This document shows, one piece after another, positions 26,404 to 34,862 of a DNA stretch of 43,074 bases; position 1 is the first letter of the stretch, and each line of letters starts with the position of its first letter. The notes under the pieces are model-generated. The model worked only from the letters and a program-made list of their open reading frames with translations. It was not told the DNA's origin and did no database searches. Origin of the DNA: Bacteroidota bacterium (GTDB lineage: Bacteria > Bacteroidota > Bacteroidia > Cytophagales > Cyclobacteriaceae); the NCBI GenBank assembly GCA_039191945.1, contig JBCCXG010000001.1, positions 1-43,074 on the forward strand. The letters run 5' to 3'. Position numbers and translations under genes: made by a program.

Positions 26404-27429
26404 TTAATCCATGATGTACGGATAATTCTGATCGACGTAGACGTCTTTATAAGCCTCTGAGGGGTCTGGCCAAGGAGATTCCTCGGCAAACTTCACAGAT
26501 TCCGCCACCCGATCCTTTGCAGCCTTGTCGATCCCCTTCAGCTCCTCTTCCGCCGCAAAGCCCTTCTTTAGGATAGTGTCTCTCACCTGCTCGATGGGAT
26601 CTTGCGTCTTGTAGTCTTCCAACTCTTCTTTTGTTCGATACTTTGCTGGATCGGACATCGAGTGGCCTTTGTATCGATAAGTACGGAATTCTAATAAGGT
26701 GGGGCCATCGCCCTTTCGTGCTCGGTCGGCCGCTTCGGCCACCGCATGGTGCACTTCCTCGACATTCATACCATCCACCGCCCGTGATGGCATTTCGTAG
26801 GCATATCCCAACTTGTAGAGATCGGTGACATTGGACGTCCTTTGGACAGATGTGCCCATCGCATATCCATTATTTTCGATCACAAAGATGACAGGGATCT
26901 TGAGGGTCATGGCCATATTCAGGGCTTCATGAAATGCCCCTTGCCGTACGGCGCCATCTCCCATGTAGCAGATGCATAGATTGTCCGTGCCTTTGTACTG
27001 TTCAGCGAACGCCAGACCCGCTCCAAGGGGAATCTGGCCGCCAACGATTCCATGACCGCCGGCAAATCCTCGCTCCTTGTCAAACATGTGCATAGATCCA
27101 CCCTTGCCCTTCGAGACACCCGTAGACTTACCAAAAAGCTCTGCCATGATAAAGTCTGGATTGGTACCAAGCGCCAGAGGGTGCGCATGGTCCCGATAGG
27201 CGGTGATGTACTTGTCTCCCTCCTTCAAGGCAGAAACCGACCCTGCGGCGCATGCCTCTTGTCCAATGTACAAGTGACAAAATCCACGAATCTTCTGCTG
27301 GCCGTACAATTGACCTGCCTTTTCCTCAAACCTGCGCATCAGTACCATCGACTGATACCACTCCATGTAAGTCTCTTTCGAAAACTCCGCCTTCTTGCTC
27401 TTCGCGGGTGCTTTGGTTTTTGTCGCCAT
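26404..27429 (-). CDS. pdhA: pyruvate dehydrogenase E1 component alpha subunit
   Basis: ThDP motif region GDGAVRQGAFHEALNMA...VIFVIENNGYAMGT. Confidence 0.9.
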   Translation of the reverse strand: MATKTKAPAKSKKAEFSKETYMEWYQSMVLMRRFEEKAGQLYGQQKIRGFCHLYIGQEACAAGSVSALKEGDKYITAYRDHAHPLALGTNPDFIMAELFGKSTGVSKGKGGSMHMFDKERGFAGGHGIVGGQIPLGAGLAFAEQYKGTDNLCICYMGDGAVRQGAFHEALNMAMTLKIPVIFVIENNGYAMGTSVQRTSNVTDLYKLGYAYEMPSRAVDGMNVEEVHHAVAEAADRARKGDGPTLLEFRTYRYKGHSMSDPAKYRTKEELEDYKTQDPIEQVRDTILKKGFAAEEELKGIDKAAKDRVAESVKFAEESPWPDPSEAYKDVYVDQNYPYIMD

Positions 27430-27620
27430 GTGGATTATTTCTATTCTCGGATATTAGCTTTGTCCAATTCCTCTCGTAGGGATGCGAAAATAGCCCAATT
27501 TGGTGGCCTCTCAAAATAATCGAGCGGCTGCCGTGGGAGAAGGTGATAGGGCTGTTCCCCGCTCGAATCGCGGGCCTTGTGATGATAGAGAAACGCAAGG
27601 AATAGCGTAAATGAAAGTCA

Positions 27621-28721
27621 GTGAGAATAGCGACGCTAAAGCTTCAGCATTTTAAGAACTACAACGACGAAGTTTTCGACTTCCACCCACGCTTCAATTG
27701 CCTGGTAGGCCTCAATGGCATGGGCAAGACCAACGTCCTCGATGCTATCCACTATTTGGCCTTTACCAAGAGCGCCTTTTCCTTGACAGACCAGCAAGTA
27801 CTACAGCATGACGCACCTTTTTTCGCCGTGCATGGGACCTTCCACGCCGAGCGACCGATGGATGTATCCTGCTACATGGAATCCGGCAAGAAAAAGATCA
27901 TAAAGATCAATCGGTCGGAGCCGGAGAAATTCAGCGACCACATCGGTACGATACCTCTCATTTTCACTTCTCCGTACGATACGGCCATTATTCAAGGAGC
28001 CAGCGAGATTCGTCGCAAGCTAGTCGATGGCACCCTTTCTCAGTTTGATCAAGGCTTTCTCGAGGATCTTTTGGAATATCAGAAAGTCCTTCGACAAAGG
28101 AATACGCTTTTGAAGAATCAGCAGTCCCAGAGTCAAAAGGCGCTTCATGGTTTACTGGACATCTATGACGAGCAATTGATCAATCGGTCCATTACTATTT
28201 CTAAAAAGAGGGGGCAACTCATCGGTAAATTAACCCCCTTGTTTGAAAAAAACTATCAGGTACTAACCGATGGCGCGGAGCAGACGGAGATCCAATTCAT
28301 GACCAAGGTATTGACGGATAGCTTTCGTAATGATTTCCTAGAGGGCCGAAAGAGGGATATGATCTCACAGCGTACGCATAGCGGCTGTCACAGAGATGAT
28401 GTCGATTTTCTGATTGGTGGATATTCTGTGAAAAAAATGGGTTCTCAGGGACAGCAGAAGTCCGTTATCTTAGCGCTCCGCTTGGCACAATTCGATTATC
28501 TGAGCCAGCAGACCAACACGCGGCCGATGATCATGTTGGACGACATTTTTGACAAGTTTGATGACGAGCGCATTGGCCAACTCATCATGTTGCTTTCAGA
28601 TGATGATCGGTTTGGTCAGGTGGTATTGACCGATGCCCGGCCAGGTCGAGTGCAGCAACTTTTCGACAATGAGCAGGCGGTAAGAATTTTCAGTATAGCG
28701 CATGGCAAAAAGATAAAGTGA
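27621..28721 (+). CDS. recF: DNA replication and repair protein RecF
   Basis: GTG start. LKLQHFKNY, Walker A GLNGMGKTNVLDAI, signature GSQGQQKS and Walker B MIMLDD. Confidence 0.9.
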   Translation: MRIATLKLQHFKNYNDEVFDFHPRFNCLVGLNGMGKTNVLDAIHYLAFTKSAFSLTDQQVLQHDAPFFAVHGTFHAERPMDVSCYMESGKKKIIKINRSEPEKFSDHIGTIPLIFTSPYDTAIIQGASEIRRKLVDGTLSQFDQGFLEDLLEYQKVLRQRNTLLKNQQSQSQKALHGLLDIYDEQLINRSITISKKRGQLIGKLTPLFEKNYQVLTDGAEQTEIQFMTKVLTDSFRNDFLEGRKRDMISQRTHSGCHRDDVDFLIGGYSVKKMGSQGQQKSVILALRLAQFDYLSQQTNTRPMIMLDDIFDKFDDERIGQLIMLLSDDDRFGQVVLTDARPGRVQQLFDNEQAVRIFSIAHGKKIK

Positions 28722-29011
28722 TGGAGAAAGACAGCACACAGCGTATCGGAGAGGCAATGGGTCAGTTCCTAAAAAGTGAACGGCTGGAAAAGAAGTTCAA
28801 AGAGCAGCAGATCATTCATTCTTGGAAGGAGATCATGGGTGGACCCATTGCCAATCGCACTGCCAAAGTCTGGATCAAGGACAGCATACTCTTTGTCAAA
28901 CTCACCTCTGCGCCTTTGCGCCAGGAGCTGACCATGTCCAGTGAAAAAGTACTGCATCACCTGGAAGACAAGCTAGGACGAGGCGTAGTGGAGGATATAA
29001 AATTCCTCTAA
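28718..29011 (+). CDS. DUF721 family protein
   Basis: 97 aa, overlaps the recF stop by 4 nt. W.EIMG..IA..T pattern typical of the recF-linked DUF721 family. Confidence 0.65.
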   Translation: MMEKDSTQRIGEAMGQFLKSERLEKKFKEQQIIHSWKEIMGGPIANRTAKVWIKDSILFVKLTSAPLRQELTMSSEKVLHHLEDKLGRGVVEDIKFL

Positions 29012-29781
29012 TTCCTGGTGCCAAAATTGGAAGGACTGATGTTTTGGTTTTGTTCCTCCAGTGGCGAGTCGTATACTTTTGGCGGCTTCACTTTACGTAT
29101 CGGTACGGGTTTGTCCCTGATACGCAGGGTCCAATAGAGGCTATACTTGAAGCCTAGGACCAACCCACGCGGATCGCTGCCCTGCGTATAGGCTTGGCCG
29201 TACCCAGGGACGAAAAAAGGCAGGATCTCTCCTTCGTCATCAATATTTGCTCCAAACCTTAGGGTAAAATCGTAACCGGCAAATAGCTCCTTCCAGATCC
29301 GCACCTTCAGTCCCAATCCCGCCTCGAACCATCTGGCCTGGACCCCGGTTTGAGTAACCGCGATCTCGCGTTGTCCGAAATCATCTGAGGCCTCCGTCAT
29401 CAGTTGCTGCTGGAAGGTAGCCCCCGCGTAGCGCACACCAAAAGTGATGACATTCTTGGATTGGTCATACTTGATCATGTTAGCATCGACGCCCACGCGA
29501 AAAAAATAGCCATTACTACTGTAGTTGGAAGCCGGGTATTTCCGATCCATGTAGCCCGCCTCCGTTACAAGAAAGAGTGTATTGAAATCGATCTCCGCAC
29601 TCAAGCCCTGTCCAAAATAGTTGGGGGAAAAGATCGTCTGGCCCGCAGGTGCCATATCATACCCTAACCTGACGAAGGACGGCCGCCAAGGGTACGGGTC
29701 TTCCGGGATGGAATCCGGGGCCTGACCCCACAACGAGGTGGCAGCGCAGAGAAGAAATATCGTACTAAAAAAGAACTTCAA
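29008..29781 (-). CDS. putative outer-membrane beta-barrel protein
   Basis: Signal peptide, alternating beta-strand pattern and aromatic residues at strand ends. No catalytic motif. Confidence 0.45.
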   Translation of the reverse strand: MKFFFSTIFLLCAATSLWGQAPDSIPEDPYPWRPSFVRLGYDMAPAGQTIFSPNYFGQGLSAEIDFNTLFLVTEAGYMDRKYPASNYSSNGYFFRVGVDANMIKYDQSKNVITFGVRYAGATFQQQLMTEASDDFGQREIAVTQTGVQARWFEAGLGLKVRIWKELFAGYDFTLRFGANIDDEGEILPFFVPGYGQAYTQGSDPRGLVLGFKYSLYWTLRIRDKPVPIRKVKPPKVYDSPLEEQNQNISPSNFGTRN

Positions 29782-30202
29782 TGTTTTCTTCTATTCTGGA
29801 AGTAAGGATCGGGTTGGTCACGAAAGCTGTATCGAAGTTGGCATAGTTGATCACTTCCACATCCAAGAACTGCACGGAGGCCGGGCAGTCATCCCCGTAG
29901 ATATTGAGCTGACTCCGGTACCCAACTGTCAGTGAATACTCAAGCGTATCGGTTTCGAATCGATAGGTGATCACTGCGGATGTTTCTGTCAAGGGCAAGG
30001 CAATTGCCAAAATAGCGCTATCTGGCGCATAATCCGTGGTGATCAGGTCATTGGTAATGGAGGTGAAGGTAAATGAGTTCACTTCGTCGTCGCTAAAGCT
30101 GACGAAAAAGACATCAGCATTGGGATCCAAAGAGCAATCTGGGATCTGCGTACAGGCAACGCAGCACAAAAGGACCAGGAATCCATACTTCATAGCGTGC
30201 AA
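29765..30202 (-). CDS. hypothetical lipoprotein
   Basis: Lipobox-like LLCCVAC. 145 aa. Its 3' end overlaps the downstream beta-barrel gene by 17 nt. Confidence 0.45.
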   Translation of the reverse strand: MHAMKYGFLVLLCCVACTQIPDCSLDPNADVFFVSFSDDEVNSFTFTSITNDLITTDYAPDSAILAIALPLTETSAVITYRFETDTLEYSLTVGYRSQLNIYGDDCPASVQFLDVEVINYANFDTAFVTNPILTSRIEENIEVLF

Positions 30203-30324
30203 ATGTAAGCCACCTTTGATTTGAGGTGCGCAAAACTAACGATCGAAAGCCACGAGAGATTGTCAACGCCCTACCATCCGGATGTGACACTTTAAAGTGG
30301 CAACATCCTCCCTATAAAATCAGT

Positions 30325-30332
30325 TACTTTTG
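30325..30332 (+). promoter_or_regulatory. Bacteroidota -7 promoter box (TACTTTTG) upstream of rimO
   Basis: Exact TAnnTTTG match, 21 nt upstream of the rimO GTG. No convincing -33 element seen. Confidence 0.3.
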
Positions 30333-30352
30333 CGCTTGCTAAATGGGGTAGC

Positions 30353-31687
30353 GTGAAAACGAAGGGGATAAAAAAAGACAAGGTAAATATTGTCACCTTA
30401 GGGTGCTCAAAGAATATTGTCGACTCTGAAGTCATGATGACTCAGCTTCGGGGAAATGACATTGACGTGACACACGAGGCCGTGGACGACGAAGCCAATA
30501 TCGTGATCATCAACACCTGTGGATTCATCGATAATGCCAAGCAAGAGTCCATCGATACGATCGTCAGGTATGCAGACGCCAAAGAGGAAGGCCTGGTAGA
30601 CAAAGTGTATGTGACCGGATGTCTGTCGCAACGCTACCGAGACGACCTACAGGTAGAAATACCCGAAGTCGATGCCTGGTTTGGTACGATGGAGCTCCCA
30701 TTATTACTGAAAAGATTCAATGCAGACTACAAGCATGAACTCATCGGCGAACGGCTGACGACCACCGCCACACATTACAGCTATTTGAAGATCTCCGAAG
30801 GTTGCGATCGACCCTGTTCCTTTTGTGCTATCCCTCTGATGCGGGGAGGGCATGTCAGCAAACCCATTGAGCAACTCGTGGCCGAAGCAAGGTCTTTGGT
30901 GAGTCGTGGCACCAAAGAACTACTCCTCATCGCGCAGGACTCCACTTATTATGGCTTGGATCTCTACAAAAAGCGCGCGCTGGCAGACCTACTGCGGACA
31001 CTTTCTGACCTCGATGGCCTGGAATGGATCCGTTTGCACTATGCCTTTCCGACAGGCTTCCCTGAGGAGGTGCTGGACGTCATGGCGGAGCGGGACAATA
31101 TTTGTAATTACCTGGACATCCCCTTGCAACATGCCTCCTCCAAAATGCTGAAAATCATGAGGAGAGGAACTTCGCGCGAAAAAACCGAACGACTCCTTCA
31201 AAAGATGAGAGAACGGGTACCAGGGATCGCCATCCGCACCACGTTGATCGCAGGACATCCTGGGGAAACGGAGGAGGACTTTGCAGAAATGCTAGATTTC
31301 GTCGAACAAAATCGGTTTGAGCGGCTTGGGATTTTTACTTATTCCCACGAAGAGAAAACCCATGCCTACCAAATGGTGGATGATGTACCAGAAGAGGTCA
31401 AACAAGAGCGAGCAGCATCCGTAATGGATTTACAATCGACCATTTCAGAAGAAATCAATGCCGCTCAAATCGGTAAGACCCAAAAGGTCCTGATCGATCG
31501 TAAGGAAGGCGGCTTTTTCGTGGGCCGAACCGAGCACGACTCCCCGGAAGTGGACAACGAGGTCTTACTACCGGCTACGGACCACTACCTAAGAATTGGT
31601 GACTTTGTCCAGGCAAGTATTCAATCGGCGAGCGCATACGACCTGCATGCCATACCTGTTGTCGAAAGCTTCGCCAAAAAACCATGA
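30353..31687 (+). CDS. rimO: ribosomal protein S12 methylthiotransferase
   Basis: UPF0004 N-domain (LGCSKN), radical SAM CSFCAIP and a C-terminal TRAM domain. 444 aa. Confidence 0.95.
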   Translation: MKTKGIKKDKVNIVTLGCSKNIVDSEVMMTQLRGNDIDVTHEAVDDEANIVIINTCGFIDNAKQESIDTIVRYADAKEEGLVDKVYVTGCLSQRYRDDLQVEIPEVDAWFGTMELPLLLKRFNADYKHELIGERLTTTATHYSYLKISEGCDRPCSFCAIPLMRGGHVSKPIEQLVAEARSLVSRGTKELLLIAQDSTYYGLDLYKKRALADLLRTLSDLDGLEWIRLHYAFPTGFPEEVLDVMAERDNICNYLDIPLQHASSKMLKIMRRGTSREKTERLLQKMRERVPGIAIRTTLIAGHPGETEEDFAEMLDFVEQNRFERLGIFTYSHEEKTHAYQMVDDVPEEVKQERAASVMDLQSTISEEINAAQIGKTQKVLIDRKEGGFFVGRTEHDSPEVDNEVLLPATDHYLRIGDFVQASIQSASAYDLHAIPVVESFAKKP

Positions 31688-31751
31688 CATACGACTACTA
31701 CTACGTGACGGGACCCAGCAGCATTGAGTATCCATCTAATCCAACATTTGC

Positions 31752-33308
31752 ATGAAGGTCGACAAGTTGCCCTTTGACCAGGTCCAGCGATTTGCACCTA
31801 TTTTTCTCGACTACCTGGCCGACGATCCTGCGCTCCGAGATTTTTACCATCACAGACCGACGATCGAGGGTTTCGGTGACCTCCTCAAAGAACGGAAGCT
31901 TGACACGGCTACTCGAAAGGTCCTAGCAGACGTATTGACCGAGCAATATCAAGCAGTGGAACCCTACGAGCGGGTGCAGCAAAACATTGACCGGTTGCGC
32001 CAGAACAATACCTTCACAATTACCACTGGACATCAGCTCAATCTCTTTACAGGTCCGCTTTATTTTATTTTCAAGATTGTGACCGTCATCAACGCCTGCC
32101 GACAGCTAAGGCAAGCCCACCCGGACTACCAATTTGTACCGGTGTATTGGATGGCGACCGAAGATCATGATTTTGAAGAGATCAATCATTTCCATCTTTT
32201 TGGGAAAAAACATACCTGGGAGTCCAACCAGACAGGACCGGTGGGAAGGTTCAAGACTGCGGGCATGGATGTTTTTTTGAAATCCATCGCCGAGCCCATT
32301 GATGTTTTCCGGAAGGCTTATACTGAAAACGAGACGCTGGCTGGTGCGTGCCGCCAGTACGTCAATGAGCTATTCGGAGAAGAAGGTCTCATCGTCATCG
32401 ACGCCGATGATCATCGGCTAAAATCGCTATTTGCGCCGATCATGGAATCAGACATCCGGGGACAAAAGGCGCATCAGTTAGTGGCTGCAACGAATCAAGG
32501 GCTTATAGATGCCGGATACAAGTCTCAGGCCTTTTCACGTGAGATCAATTTCTTTTATATCCAGGACGGTCTTCGCGAGCGCATCGAGCAAAAAGGGGAC
32601 CTCTTCGCCGTAAAGAACACGGACCTCAACTGGAGTGAGGATGAACTGGTACAAAAGATCAGTGAGCACCCTGAATGCTTCAGCCCCAATGTGATCATGC
32701 GGCCATTGTACCAGGAAACCATCCTTCCCAATTTAGGCTACGTAGGCGGTCCTGCGGAAATGGCCTATTGGCTGCAATTGGGAGAGGTCTTCAAGCACTA
32801 CGAGACGTCCTTCCCGATCCTCCTCCCCCGAAACTTCGGCGTCGTAATCGATCATGTGGCCGCCAGAAAAATCGAGAAGGTTGGTCTGGACAATCCGAGC
32901 CTTTTCAAAGATGCCCACGAGCTGAAGGAGCGGATGCTGTTGCAAATCGGTGATGATCATTTACTGGACGACGACCGCGAAGCCTTGCAGGGTGTTTTCG
33001 AAAAGATCCGAGAAAAAGCTGTAAAGATTGATGGATCCCTTGATGGCTACGTCGGGGCGCAGGGGACGCACGTCCTCAAGACCCTCGAGAATGTCCAAAG
33101 AAAACTCAGGAGGGCCAAGGAAAATAAGAACGATATCGCGATGAACCAGATCGACGATATCAAAGAGCGGCTCTTTCCCAACGGTGGCTTGCAAGAGCGT
33201 TTTGAAAACTTCCTGACCTTCCAAATTCATAACCCCAACTTCACTTCCGACCTTTTGGTAGACTTCGATCCCTTCGATCTGAAGTTCCATCTCTTATGGC
33301 AGGAGTAG
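31752..33308 (+). CDS. bshC: bacillithiol biosynthesis cysteine-adding enzyme
   Basis: 518 aa. TGHQLNLFTGPLYFIFKI and GGPAEMAYWLQL motifs typical of BshC. Confidence 0.8.
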   Translation: MKVDKLPFDQVQRFAPIFLDYLADDPALRDFYHHRPTIEGFGDLLKERKLDTATRKVLADVLTEQYQAVEPYERVQQNIDRLRQNNTFTITTGHQLNLFTGPLYFIFKIVTVINACRQLRQAHPDYQFVPVYWMATEDHDFEEINHFHLFGKKHTWESNQTGPVGRFKTAGMDVFLKSIAEPIDVFRKAYTENETLAGACRQYVNELFGEEGLIVIDADDHRLKSLFAPIMESDIRGQKAHQLVAATNQGLIDAGYKSQAFSREINFFYIQDGLRERIEQKGDLFAVKNTDLNWSEDELVQKISEHPECFSPNVIMRPLYQETILPNLGYVGGPAEMAYWLQLGEVFKHYETSFPILLPRNFGVVIDHVAARKIEKVGLDNPSLFKDAHELKERMLLQIGDDHLLDDDREALQGVFEKIREKAVKIDGSLDGYVGAQGTHVLKTLENVQRKLRRAKENKNDIAMNQIDDIKERLFPNGGLQERFENFLTFQIHNPNFTSDLLVDFDPFDLKFHLLWQE

Positions 33309-33880
33309 ACAAGCGCACACTTCGTAGGGAGTTTCTCCGACGAAGGAAGCTGCTCTCAAGGGCGGAGGTGGACCGGAGGAGCGCCGCGATCTCCAGACAC
33401 CTGATGGATTTGTTGGGATCACTCGGCCCGCTCAGAGGCCTTCATTGCTTCTTACCGATCGAACGAAACCGCGAAGTAAACACCTGGCCCATCGTCAAAG
33501 CGCTATTGGAGAAGGGTAAAGTCGTCTTGATCTCCACGACTGACTTTGATACTCAGTCCATGCAGCACTACTACTATGACCTCAACCTCGAGTTCACCAC
33601 TGACCCTCTCGGTATCCCCTCCCCGATCAATGCCAAACCTGCCACACTCACAGACTGTGAGTGCATTTTGATGCCCCTGGTCGTCGCCGACAAAAATGGA
33701 GGACGGATTGGCTACGGCGGTGGTTACTACGATCGGTTGCTCAACGGCACCGGAGAGCTGCTCAAGATCGGGCTGTCGATGGGTCCAGTATTGGATAAGA
33801 TCACGTTTTTGGAACCCCATGACGTAACTTTGGATTATTGTATTACGCCAACAGAAACGATAGATTGCAAGCATGGCTGA
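33296..33880 (+). CDS. 5-formyltetrahydrofolate cyclo-ligase
   Basis: 194 aa. C-terminal RIGYGGGYYDR motif. Overlaps both neighbouring genes. Confidence 0.85.
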   Translation: MAGVDKRTLRREFLRRRKLLSRAEVDRRSAAISRHLMDLLGSLGPLRGLHCFLPIERNREVNTWPIVKALLEKGKVVLISTTDFDTQSMQHYYYDLNLEFTTDPLGIPSPINAKPATLTDCECILMPLVVADKNGGRIGYGGGYYDRLLNGTGELLKIGLSMGPVLDKITFLEPHDVTLDYCITPTETIDCKHG

Positions 33881-34862
33881 TGTTTTGGATGTACTGATCA
33901 TAGGTGCTGGCCCGATTGGGTTGGCCGCGGGAATCGAAGCCAAGAAGAAGGGCTTATCGCACGTCATTGTAGACAAAGGGACGCTGGTCAACTCGATCTA
34001 TAATTATCCCCAAAACATGACCTTTTTTTCCACCTCTGATCGCTTAGAGATTGGGGAGGTACCGTTCATCTCTCACAACCCCAAGCCCACACGTCCTGAG
34101 GCTTTGGAGTATTATCGTCGGGTGGCCTCCTCCTGGCAGCTCGACGTGAGGCTCTACGAGCGTGTCGAGCAGGTGACCAAGGCAGATCATTTCATCATCA
34201 GTACGACAAAGGCACAATATACCGCCACCAACATCATCATCGCGACGGGTTTTTACGATCTACCCTACTTGTTGAATGTTCCCGGCGAAGATTTGCCGAA
34301 GGTACGCCACTACTATACGGACCCCCACCCTTACTACGCGATGAAGGTGATCGTAGTTGGTGCTGCTAACTCGGCGGTAGATGTGGCGCTAGAGACCTAT
34401 CGCAAAGGAGCGAAGGAAGTGACCATGGTGGTCCGGGAAGAAGAGATTGCTCCTTCCGTCAAGTATTGGGTACGCCCAGACCTCGTCAACCGGATCAAAG
34501 AAGGAAGCATTAAGGTCTACTTTCAGAGTAAAATCACGGAGGTGCGGGACCATGAGGTAGATATTGAGACCCCCGATGGACCCCTGACTCTCGACAATGA
34601 CTTTGTACTGGCAATGACAGGGTACCAGCCTGATTTCGCTTTCCTGAAGTCACTGGGGATTGTGATCGGTAAAGATGAATTTCGAACCCCGACCTACACC
34701 GAAGCGACGATGGAAACGAATGTCGAAGGTGTCTACCTCGCCGGAGTCATCTGTGGAGGCCTCAAGACCAACAAATGGTTCATCGAAAACTCCCGCGAGC
34801 ATGCGGAAACCATCATTCAGCACATCACGCAGAAGCGAGCCGCCAAGGCATTAGTGCAGTAG
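33873..34862 (+). CDS. ypdA: YpdA-family FAD/NAD(P)-dependent (putative bacillithiol disulfide) reductase
   Basis: VLIIGAGPIGLA and VVGAANSAVD dinucleotide-binding motifs. 329 aa. Sits in the same operon as bshC. Confidence 0.75.
   Translation: MADVLDVLIIGAGPIGLAAGIEAKKKGLSHVIVDKGTLVNSIYNYPQNMTFFSTSDRLEIGEVPFISHNPKPTRPEALEYYRRVASSWQLDVRLYERVEQVTKADHFIISTTKAQYTATNIIIATGFYDLPYLLNVPGEDLPKVRHYYTDPHPYYAMKVIVVGAANSAVDVALETYRKGAKEVTMVVREEEIAPSVKYWVRPDLVNRIKEGSIKVYFQSKITEVRDHEVDIETPDGPLTLDNDFVLAMTGYQPDFAFLKSLGIVIGKDEFRTPTYTEATMETNVEGVYLAGVICGGLKTNKWFIENSREHAETIIQHITQKRAAKALVQ

Noticed and set aside
27429-27437. DnaA-box-like TGTGGATTA near recF and the pdhA start.
   Set aside because: It is a single copy with one mismatch, overlaps the pdhA start codon, and has no cluster of boxes or AT-rich unwinding element. 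It is not an origin.
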